Assembly (NCBI GenBank): GCA_046483305.1
Contig: JAWODM010000079.1
Span: 1-44,534 of the forward strand
Direction: 5' to 3'
Source of the DNA: Candidatus Krumholzibacteriales bacterium
GTDB taxonomy: Bacteria; Krumholzibacteriota; Krumholzibacteriia; Krumholzibacteriales; WJIX01
Length of the DNA stretch: 44,534 bases
This document shows positions 10,275 through 18,122 of this stretch, piece by piece. Below the pieces are notes generated by a model. The model had not been told where the DNA came from. It saw nothing but the letters and a program-made list of their open reading frames with translations, and made no database searches. The position numbers and the translations under genes are program-made. Every line of letters begins with the position of its first letter. The stretch's first letter is position 1.

Positions 10275-10303
10275 ACTATAAGGAACGGGGGTTTTTCTGT
10301 CAA
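10275..10303 (-). promoter_or_regulatory. Putative sigma70 promoter upstream of pncB
   Basis: Minus strand TTGACA (10303-10298), 17 bp, TATAGT (10280-10275). Confidence 0.55.
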
Positions 10304-10618
10304 CAGCGAATTGGCGGATATACGGCCCCTGATCATCCCGGCCGGCAATGTTAATTGCCGGATTCAGACCGGCTGAGCAGGGGAGAGGGTAAAAGTATTT
10401 ACCCTAATCATCAAAGCGGTGACTCGCGGAGAAGAAGCAGGAAATCTTTTCAAGGGGAGTTCCGGTGATCGGTCCTTATAACCTGGTCTGAATGGAGCTT
10501 AGCGATGTATGGCGTTCATCGGGAATTTCATGGCCTGATGCCATTCCGCAACCGATCCCTGCCTCAGAGCACGCTGCAGCATTATCGAACCGGGTCAATT
10601 CACTTTGCCGCCGGGCAT

Positions 10619-11710
10619 CTATTCTCTGAAGGAGATATCGGCGAATAATTCGTCTTGCACGACTTCTCTGATGCGGCTGTTCACGGCTATGTAATCTTGC
10701 AGCAACTCCGGCGCACCGATGGATATTCTTTGCAGCAGGTGCAGCGATTCGATGAGTCTCGTTTCCATTTCGACCGGGAATAGACTGTAGGCGACGAGTT
10801 CGCCGATATTGCTTGTGTGGAATCCACACAGGCCTCTGCTGATAAAATTCGCCCGATATCCCCGGGGCAGATCCTTGCTGTCCCACATGGCGGAATGTGT
10901 GTATGCGACCTGATGAGCTGATAACCCCTCGAACAGCACGCATGAGAGACCCGGCTCCGATTGGAGCTTTTCCATGCATTTCCCCAGTAGTTGCTTTTTT
11001 ACGTTGTAAAACTCGAGGATGACCGATGATTTATCGACCGTCGTACTGTCGATCGACTCGATTCCTCCGATGTAGATCGGCTGGAAGCGTTCGGTATGGC
11101 ATACCCTGACAGCCGGCCCGATGGTTACAACCGCGGCCTGCCCGGCATGCTGTTTCTTCGCCCCTTCTATTTTCATAAAGGATGTCAGGATGTGGCGATG
11201 GTCATAGTAAATCGTCGAAAGGAACTCAAATATGGAGCGTCCACGCTTCAGATCGTCTATCGGGAATCGTACGATATGCCCCTTTTTCCCCTCGAGTCCC
11301 AGTCTTAACGGTATTTCAGAGGGCTCTTCGGCTTTGATGCCGGCCACGCTCAGGGTTCGATAATAGAGATCCGCCGCAGTCTTCGGATCGACATTCGGAT
11401 ACTTATGCTTGCCGCCGATTCTGCTGAGCTTGCCGAAGAGTGTTTCCTCCGTGTATTCCTCGCTTGCCGTTTGATACTGCATCGGCTCTTTTTTCTGCGT
11501 CGGGTCGTAGAATATGGCGAGGCCGCGCTGTCCGAACACGCCGGCCTCGCGCTTGATCAGTATGCCAACCGTCAATTTATCGTACCGGGGCATTTCCATT
11601 GTATAATACTCCTTCTCTGTTGTCGGCAAGGACCGCCTCGCGCCTTGCACAATCAGGCTGCATTCGCATTCGACATCATAAGCATACAACGGGGCGCGCA
11701 ATATTTCCAT
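10619..11710 (-). CDS. Hypothetical soluble protein (~363 aa)
   Basis: Long ORF filling the gap between acr3 and the pncB leader, with protein-like composition and no family recognised. Start is ATG 11710 or GTG 11737. Confidence 0.7.
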   Translation of the reverse strand: MEILRAPLYAYDVECECSLIVQGARRSLPTTEKEYYTMEMPRYDKLTVGILIKREAGVFGQRGLAIFYDPTQKKEPMQYQTASEEYTEETLFGKLSRIGGKHKYPNVDPKTAADLYYRTLSVAGIKAEEPSEIPLRLGLEGKKGHIVRFPIDDLKRGRSIFEFLSTIYYDHRHILTSFMKIEGAKKQHAGQAAVVTIGPAVRVCHTERFQPIYIGGIESIDSTTVDKSSVILEFYNVKKQLLGKCMEKLQSEPGLSCVLFEGLSAHQVAYTHSAMWDSKDLPRGYRANFISRGLCGFHTSNIGELVAYSLFPVEMETRLIESLHLLQRISIGAPELLQDYIAVNSRIREVVQDELFADISFRE

Positions 11711-11856
11711 ATTATTTTTACTTCTTTCTATATTCACAGTTTATGGATGTGATTCAGGTGATATTATCAGGTTGAATGAGGACGGCTCCTCCACGGCCTC
11801 TTCGCGCTGGAGCGCCGGCAGAGCGCAGAAATTCATATTTGCGGCTAATCCGGGTT

Positions 11857-13068
11857 TCAGTTTTCAGGTTGCAGCTTCTTACCGGAACTGAACCAGCCTT
11901 CAGTTCTGAGGCAAATCCTCACCAGCATCAGCATCACCGGCACCTCGATCAAGACGCCCACTACCGTGGCCAGGGCAGCGCCTGACGACAAACCAAACAG
12001 CATCGTGGCGGTGGCGATGGCAACCTCGAAATGGTTTGACGCTCCAATCATTGCGGAAGGGGCCGCGTCTTCGTAATCCAGCTTCAGCAGCCTGGCGAGG
12101 CCATAACCCAATCCGAATATGAAAACTGTCTGAATGAACAGCGGAACTGCAATCCACAGGATAGTCAGCGGGTTATCCAGTATCACATCCCCCTTGAAGG
12201 AGAACAGGAGCACCAGCGTCACCAGCAAAGCGGTGATGGTTATGGGGCTCAGGATGTGCAGGAATTTTTCGTTAAACCAGTTTTCGCCTTTGATTCTGAT
12301 AATCAGCTTCCGGGAGAAATAGCCGGAAACGAGCGGCAAAGCGACATAGACGCCGATGGAAAGCAGAAGGGCCTGCCACGGAACCGGCAGCCGTCCCACA
12401 CCGAGAAGAAATCCGCCCAGGGGGCCGTAGAGGAATAGCATGGTCAGCGAGTTTATGGCCACCATCACCAGGGTATGGCTGTCATTGCCTCGCGCAAGAA
12501 AACCCCATACCAGTACCATCGCCGTACACGGCGCGATACCGAGAAGAATGCACCCGGCCAGATACGATCTCCACAGTGGAACCTGGAGCATCTTTACTCC
12601 ATCATGAATGACCACAGTGCCTATTCCGTAGGCCTGGCCCGCGTCCAGATCTGCTCCCAGGGGCATTTTGACCAGGTCGACCGCTTCGGTGCCAATGAAA
12701 CCAATAAACAGCGTCCCCAGGAAAAAGGCTGAAATGGCATACATGGTGAAGGGTTTGACAGCCCAGTTGATAAGCAGAGTCAATCCGACCGGTTTCGCAT
12801 TCCTGCCGGCCTTGAGGACTTCGTTGAAGTCGATCTTGACCATGATAGGATACATCATGAAGAACAGGCAGATCGCTATGGGAATTGAAATGACCGGTGC
12901 GCCTTTCACGTTTATGGAAAGCCCGTCAAGATATCCGGCCAGGGATGGCGCCAGTTTTCCAAGCGCGACACCAAGCAGGATGCATATCATGACCCAGAGG
13001 GTAAGGTAACGCTCGAAAAATCCGAGCCCTCTGGGTTCTTTGGTAACACACGCTTCAGCGGCTGTCAT
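11857..13068 (-). CDS. acr3: ACR3-family arsenite efflux transporter
   Basis: [40 protein letters not shown] and [10 protein letters not shown] motifs. Start probably ATG 13068 (GGAGG SD), alternatively 13080. Confidence 0.95.
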   Translation of the reverse strand: MTAAEACVTKEPRGLGFFERYLTLWVMICILLGVALGKLAPSLAGYLDGLSINVKGAPVISIPIAICLFFMMYPIMVKIDFNEVLKAGRNAKPVGLTLLINWAVKPFTMYAISAFFLGTLFIGFIGTEAVDLVKMPLGADLDAGQAYGIGTVVIHDGVKMLQVPLWRSYLAGCILLGIAPCTAMVLVWGFLARGNDSHTLVMVAINSLTMLFLYGPLGGFLLGVGRLPVPWQALLLSIGVYVALPLVSGYFSRKLIIRIKGENWFNEKFLHILSPITITALLVTLVLLFSFKGDVILDNPLTILWIAVPLFIQTVFIFGLGYGLARLLKLDYEDAAPSAMIGASNHFEVAIATATMLFGLSSGAALATVVGVLIEVPVMLMLVRICLRTEGWFSSGKKLQPEN

Positions 13069-13453
13069 TATGTCCTCCATTAAAGTGCTTGATATGCGTG
13101 GTCTTACACGAGCTGTTCTCTCTTGATTTTCTCCTCAGCCATTCGGCCAGGCGCGTTTCAATCTCATCACTGAGCAGCGAAGCAATTAAATCACTGTTCA
13201 TCTCCAGAACGAGATTTGCTTCCGTGCCGGCTTTCGATGAAAGATTGTAGTAGGCCCAGGTGCCTTCACGCCGGTCATCCAGCAGCCCGCAATTCTTGAG
13301 ATAGCGAAGATGACGCGACGCCTTGGACTGGGAAATCCGGAGCGCCTCCTCAACATCACAGACGCAGAGCCTGCCATGCCTTATAATCAGAGCCATTATT
13401 GCCAACCGGGTTTCGTCTGCCAGGGCTTTGAATATGTCCGCATATACTCTCAT
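13055..13453 (-). CDS. arsR: ArsR/SmtB-family transcriptional repressor
   Basis: [15 protein letters not shown] metalloid-binding motif and SQSKASRHL. Directly upstream of acr3. Confidence 0.92.
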   Translation of the reverse strand: MRVYADIFKALADETRLAIMALIIRHGRLCVCDVEEALRISQSKASRHLRYLKNCGLLDDRREGTWAYYNLSSKAGTEANLVLEMNSDLIASLLSDEIETRLAEWLRRKSRENSSCKTTHIKHFNGGHNDSR

Positions 13454-13482
13454 GGGAACGCTCCTTTGATTTCTATTGTACT

Positions 13483-13511
13483 TTTATAACCGCATATGCA
13501 GGTATAGTCAA
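13483..13511 (-). promoter_or_regulatory. arsR-acr3 promoter with overlapping ArsR-type operator
   Basis: Minus strand TTGACT, 17 bp, TATAAA. Imperfect palindrome TATAACCGCATATGCAGGTATA (13485-13506) spans the spacer. Confidence 0.7.
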
Positions 13512-13635
13512 GAGTAAAATCTGGCGCCTGAGCCATCACATGTGAATAAGATCCTGGAATAGCACAGGTTGATTTAATCCAGGTTATTCACAGACAGGAT
13601 CGGCTGAATCCAGAATCCCTGATGGTTGTGCCTTC

Positions 13636-13651
13636 TGGCACGCATTTCGCA
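13636..13651 (+). promoter_or_regulatory. Putative sigma54 (-24/-12) promoter
   Basis: TGGCACG-CATT-TCGCA with GG-N10-GC spacing, 35 nt before the ATG at 13687. Confidence 0.6.
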
Positions 13652-13686
13652 CGGCCGCAATGATTATACTGATGGAGGTGGAATAT

Positions 13687-14244
13687 ATGAAAATCAAGGG
13701 ACTTATAGTTCAGGCGCGGATAGAATTCGTAAAGGATCACTTCGGCGAGGACGGCTGGAATAAGGTTCTTGAATCGATGAGCGAAGATGACAGGAATATC
13801 CTGGACGGCACCATAGTGACTGCGATATGGTATCCTTTCGAATTCGGCGAGAGGCTTGACAAGGCGATAGTGGATGTGCTTGGCGGAGGGAATGACAGGA
13901 TCTTTGAGGAGATCGGCGCGAAGTCGGCTAAACGAAGCCTGCTGAAGGTGCATAAGTCGTTTCTTACCAGGGGAGATCCCCAGGCCTTCATGAAAAAAGC
14001 CGACATGATATACAAATTCTACTACGATACCGGATACCGCGAGTACAGGGAGACCGGCCCCAACTCCGGAGTAATAACTACCTACGAAGCCAAGACATTT
14101 TCAGCTGCTGACTGTCTTACCGTTATCGGATGGTACAAGGAGGGGTTGAGGATGTGCGGCGCCACAAACGTCCGGGCTCACGAGGAAGAATGCCGCGCGA
14201 GAGGCGGTTCATTCTGCAGATACCGTTTCAGCTGGGATATGTAG
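13687..14244 (+). CDS. Stand-alone V4R/H-NOX-like ligand-binding protein (DUF2378/TIGR02265-like)
   Basis: GGAGG SD. MKIKG...WYP N terminus and C-terminal EEECRARGGSFCRYRFSW V4R-type signature. Confidence 0.7.
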   Translation: MKIKGLIVQARIEFVKDHFGEDGWNKVLESMSEDDRNILDGTIVTAIWYPFEFGERLDKAIVDVLGGGNDRIFEEIGAKSAKRSLLKVHKSFLTRGDPQAFMKKADMIYKFYYDTGYREYRETGPNSGVITTYEAKTFSAADCLTVIGWYKEGLRMCGATNVRAHEEECRARGGSFCRYRFSWDM

Positions 14245-14314
14245 CCGCTCATCGCAAGGCTGTGGCTCCGGGAATATTCAGCATGCGCCTGCGGGTCACC
14301 TCCGGAGCTCTCCG

Positions 14315-14845
14315 TCAGCTTCTCCTGCTGTTATAGAGCCTCAGGTTCTTATCCGCTTCCTCCCACCATTCCGGAAATCTATGCTGGCGGGTGTCGTCGT
14401 AATAACCGATGAATTCCACCAGGCCGGACCGGCATTCAAAATAGTAATAAACGGTTATCCTCTTGTCGCTTTCGTCGATCCACTCTTCCTCAAACAGGTA
14501 TGACATACCACCTTCTATTTCCCGGGGATAGATCATGCACCTGTCTATCTGACGGGAGAATTCAGGATTCTTTACAGGAATCTCCTCGGGAGGAATGAAC
14601 CTGCTCCAGTTCAGGCAGGGGATTTCACCGGAGTAGAGCACTCTTATCAGGTGCAGGTCATAGAAGATGCTCTTCATCTGAAGATGATCCAGGTAACCGT
14701 GATTCAGATAGCGGGCTATCATCTCGGCTTCATCGAGGTCATCGTAGATAACAGGCCTTTCTTCGGCTTCCCGGTACGGCTGGGCGCAGCCGCAGATAGC
14801 CAGAAAGGCAATTATAAACAGTGAAATTATTCTGGATCCGCTCAT
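14315..14845 (-). CDS. Hypothetical lipoprotein
   Basis: 176 aa. Hydrophobic N terminus ending in a lipobox-like AICGC. Confidence 0.65.
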   Translation of the reverse strand: MSGSRIISLFIIAFLAICGCAQPYREAEERPVIYDDLDEAEMIARYLNHGYLDHLQMKSIFYDLHLIRVLYSGEIPCLNWSRFIPPEEIPVKNPEFSRQIDRCMIYPREIEGGMSYLFEEEWIDESDKRITVYYYFECRSGLVEFIGYYDDTRQHRFPEWWEEADKNLRLYNSRRS

Positions 14846-15191
14846 CTCAAAGATCCCGTTTGATGTTAACAGGTGTTCCGGTCGCTTGGTGTATCGTCAG
14901 TATAAGTGATGTGGTTTCATCCCTCAACTATAATATTCTGAAACTGTGTATAATCATCTTTACTGAGAAAATAAAATAAATTGTAAAAATATCTATATTT
15001 AGCTTGTGTTTGGTTTTAATATTGCTATATTAAGCAATAATATGGATGGATTGAGGATTGATTATACACTGTTCTTACTAATAGGACGATAGACGAAACC
15101 TGCCACGTTAATCAACTCTAATAGGGCACTTAATTTTCTTCCCAAAAATCTATCGAATTTTTTTATCATTTGACGCCATTAGGAGGCTGAA

Positions 15192-15437
15192 ATGAAACTT
15201 TATGTAGGAAATATGTCATACGATACCACCGATGATGATCTTCGGAAAGCTTTCGAAGCTCACGGTACAGTAGACTCTGTAGCAGTTATCTCTGACCGCC
15301 ATTCAGGCAGGTCAAAGGGCTTCGGGTTTGTCGAAATGTCTGACGACACGGAAGCTAAGGCTGCAATGGATAGTTTGAACGAGACCGATTTGATGGGCCG
15401 TACGTTGAAAGTCAACGAGGCCCGCTCCCGCGACTAA
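15192..15437 (+). CDS. RRM (RNP-1) RNA-binding protein
   Basis: RNP2 LYVGNM, RNP1 KGFGFVEM, and AGGAGG SD. Confidence 0.95.
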   Translation: MKLYVGNMSYDTTDDDLRKAFEAHGTVDSVAVISDRHSGRSKGFGFVEMSDDTEAKAAMDSLNETDLMGRTLKVNEARSRD

Positions 15438-15552
15438 TAAACGGGGGAGTGTCAGGGGGGAAAGGACTGCTGCAGAAGCGGCATTTCCTTAACCCGCCTT
15501 TGAGATCGAGGCTCAGCCAACGTCGGCAGGGCGAAGAGCTGAGCATATGAGC

Positions 15553-15586
15553 AAGGGGAACCCGATTAACGGGTTCCCCTTTTTTT
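15553..15586 (+). terminator. Rho-independent terminator
   Basis: AAGGGGAACCCG-ATTAA-CGGGTTCCCCTT followed by a T run. Confidence 0.9.
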
Positions 15587-15610
15587 ATGGGTCTTTTTCT
15601 ATGGATCCAC

Positions 15611-15664
15611 TTGACAAAAGGGTATGTTGTTAGTAATATATAACAATGTTAGGCAAGACTAAAT
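15611..15664 (+). promoter_or_regulatory. sigma70 promoter with tandem DtxR/MntR-type operators
   Basis: TTGACA (15611-16), 17 bp, TAATAT (15634-39). Boxes TGTTAGTAATATATAACA (15628-45) and TGTTAGGCAAGACTAAAT (15647-64). Confidence 0.75.
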
Positions 15665-15679
15665 AATGGAGATTATGTT

Positions 15680-16090
15680 ATGTTGAGTTCAAGCTCTGAA
15701 GATTACATAGAAACAATATTTCTTCTCGAAAGTGAAGGAAGGGTGGTAAGGGTTAAGGATATTGGGAAGAAGCTGGGGGTAAGCCTTCCCAGTGTGAATC
15801 AGGCGCTGGCGGTGCTGAAGAAGAAGAAACTTATTGAACACGAGAAATACGGATACGTGGAACTGACTGAGAGGGGCCGGGAAGTAGGTGAGCAGATCTA
15901 CAACAGGCATGAGATACTGCTCAAGTTTCTCACTGAAATTCTGGAAGTGCCCGAGAAGGTGGCGGAAGAGGAGGCTTGCCGGATAGAGCATTACATCGGG
16001 AGCCAGACCCATGAGAGGCTCAAGAATTTCATCGGAACCGTTCTGAATTGCCCCCACAGCAACAGAAACTGCTCAGAGAGAAGGGATTAA
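15680..16090 (+). CDS. DtxR/MntR-family metal-dependent repressor
   Basis: EDYIETIF, RHEIL and EACRIEH motifs. No C-terminal SH3/FeoA domain. Confidence 0.92.
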   Translation: MLSSSSEDYIETIFLLESEGRVVRVKDIGKKLGVSLPSVNQALAVLKKKKLIEHEKYGYVELTERGREVGEQIYNRHEILLKFLTEILEVPEKVAEEEACRIEHYIGSQTHERLKNFIGTVLNCPHSNRNCSERRD

Positions 16091-16120
16091 CTGATCCCGG
16101 GATCGGAGATATACAGAAAA

Positions 16121-16363
16121 ATGAAAGGTACAAACATTAGAACGCTGGTAAACCTCAGTCCGGGCGAACATGGAGTGGTAAAGGGAATCCGCGGAGGCCA
16201 GGGTGTAAGAAGAAATCTTGAGAACCTCGGTGTCAGAGAAGGGGCCAGGATAAAGGTAATAAGCCGTCATTTCAAGGGAGGCCCGGTGGTAATAATGTCT
16301 GGGAGCACCAGGGTGGCCCTGGGATTCGGAATGGCAAGCAAGGTCCTGGTGGAGGCCGGCTGA
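16121..16363 (+). CDS. feoA: Ferrous iron transport protein A
   Basis: 80 aa with LENLGVREG, GPVVI and VALGFGMASKVLV. Directly upstream of feoB. Confidence 0.93.
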   Translation: MKGTNIRTLVNLSPGEHGVVKGIRGGQGVRRNLENLGVREGARIKVISRHFKGGPVVIMSGSTRVALGFGMASKVLVEAG

Positions 16364-16391
16364 CCTCCCCCTGTCAGAAAGGGAGATAGAG

Positions 16392-18119
16392 GTGGACAAG
16401 GTTTTACTTCTGGGAAATCCTAACGTCGGCAAATCGGCGATATTCTCACGGCTGACCGGAGCGCGGGTGATAGCTTCCAATTATCCGGGCACTACCGTGG
16501 AGTTCGTGGGGGGGATGCTCAAGGCGGGGGAGAAAGAGCTGGAAGTAATTGATCTTCCGGGTACTTACACCCTGGATCCCTCTTCAGAAGCGGAGAAGGT
16601 TGCCTCCCGGATGCTGGAAGATACTTTCCGCGAAGACAGCGGCAATTCTGTGGTAATCAACATAATAGACTCCACCAATCTGGAGCGGAACCTCAACCTT
16701 ACCTTTCAGTTGATCGAAAAGGGTGTCCCCATGGTGATAGCCCTTAATTTCTGCGATGAAGCCAGGCATACCGGAGTCAGTATAGACGCGGAGAAGCTGG
16801 AGAGAATCGTGGGAGTGCCGGTGGTGCCCACCTGCGGAATTTCGGGAGAGGGAATAAAGACCCTGGTTGACAGGCTTTCCGAGGGCAGAGAGAGCAGGCT
16901 CGATTTCGAGAGAGGTCACCGGTGGGAGAAGATAGGCGAAGTGGTTGAGAGCGTTCAGGACCTTACTCACAGGCACCACAGCTTTCTGGAGACTCTGGGC
17001 GACCTTACCGTGAAGCCTCTTTCCGGAATCCCGGTAGCGCTGGTAATACTGATTCTGGTATTTGAGGTTATCAGGCTCATAGGAGAGGGATTGATAACTT
17101 ACCTGCTGGATCCAATCTTCGAGAGGCTCTGGGCTCCCCTGATGATGAAGCTATCCGCCGTACTCGGCTCCGGGGGTATAATTCACAATATTCTTATAGG
17201 AAAGCTCATACAGGGGGAGATAGATTTCGGAGAGTCATTCGGTATACTGACCACGGGGCTGTACGTACCCTTGGCTGCTGTGCTTCCCTATATCACAGCC
17301 TTCTACCTGGTCCTATCCATACTCGAGGATACCGGCTACCTGCCCCGGCTGGCTGTCCTGGTGGATAATCTGATGCACAGGATAGGCCTTCATGGTTTCG
17401 GTGTCATCCCGATGTTTTTGAGCGCCGGATGCAATGTTCCCGGCGCGCTTGCCACCCGGCTGATGGAAACCAGGCGTGAGAGGTTTCTGGCCATGACGCT
17501 GATGGCTATATCAATCCCCTGCATGGCTCAGACGGCGATGATAATGGGCCTGGTGGGCGGCGAGGGGGTCAGGGGCCTGCTGATAGTCTTTGGAACACTC
17601 TTTCTGGTGGGGCTCTCTATCGGGCTGATCATGAACAGGTTCCTGAAAGGGCGCGCTCCCGAACTGTTCATGGAAATCCCGCCTTACCGCTTTCCCTACT
17701 GGAGGTCGCTGCTGAAGAAACTCTGGATGAGAGTAATATGGTTTCTGAAAGAAGCGGTGCCATGGGTTCTTGCCGGCGTCTTTATTCTCAACTTACTTTA
17801 TACCTCCGGCATCATATCTTTCATTGGCAACCTTCTGCGGCCGGTCATTACCGGAATGTTCGGGCTGCCTTCTGACGCAGCGGGAGCTCTTATCATAGGA
17901 TTTCTCCGCAAGGACGTCGCGGTGGGGATGCTGATTCCGCTTCAGCTCAGCTCGAAGCAGCTGATCATATCCAGTGTTATACTTACCATGTATTTCCCCT
18001 GCGCGGCGACTTTCGTGGTGATGCTGAGGGAACTCGGGGTCAGGGACATGATAAAATCGGCTCTTATTATGGTTGCGGCCACAATGACAGTAGGCGGTAT
18101 TATGAACCTCATACTATGA
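16392..18119 (+). CDS. feoB: Ferrous iron transport protein B (short form)
   Basis: G1 GNPNVGKS, NYPGTTV, G3 DLPG, membrane domain with LEDTGYLPR and GCNVP. GTG start with GGGAG SD. Confidence 0.95.
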   Translation: MDKVLLLGNPNVGKSAIFSRLTGARVIASNYPGTTVEFVGGMLKAGEKELEVIDLPGTYTLDPSSEAEKVASRMLEDTFREDSGNSVVINIIDSTNLERNLNLTFQLIEKGVPMVIALNFCDEARHTGVSIDAEKLERIVGVPVVPTCGISGEGIKTLVDRLSEGRESRLDFERGHRWEKIGEVVESVQDLTHRHHSFLETLGDLTVKPLSGIPVALVILILVFEVIRLIGEGLITYLLDPIFERLWAPLMMKLSAVLGSGGIIHNILIGKLIQGEIDFGESFGILTTGLYVPLAAVLPYITAFYLVLSILEDTGYLPRLAVLVDNLMHRIGLHGFGVIPMFLSAGCNVPGALATRLMETRRERFLAMTLMAISIPCMAQTAMIMGLVGGEGVRGLLIVFGTLFLVGLSIGLIMNRFLKGRAPELFMEIPPYRFPYWRSLLKKLWMRVIWFLKEAVPWVLAGVFILNLLYTSGIISFIGNLLRPVITGMFGLPSDAAGALIIGFLRKDVAVGMLIPLQLSSKQLIISSVILTMYFPCAATFVVMLRELGVRDMIKSALIMVAATMTVGGIMNLIL

Positions 18120-18122
18120 TAA

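Noticed and set aside
9965..10348. 127-aa minus-strand ORF upstream of pncB
   Set aside because: Low-complexity Pro/Gly/Ser composition, no SD, and it spans the predicted promoter
14945..15070. Possible replication origin (AT-rich, DnaA-box matches)
   Set aside because: Only one perfect and one imperfect box, and no dnaA, dnaN or gidA context
15435..15500. Frameshifted Gly/Arg tail of the RRM protein
   Set aside because: Tandem TAA TAA stops look genuine, and the alternative frames are not convincingly Gly-rich
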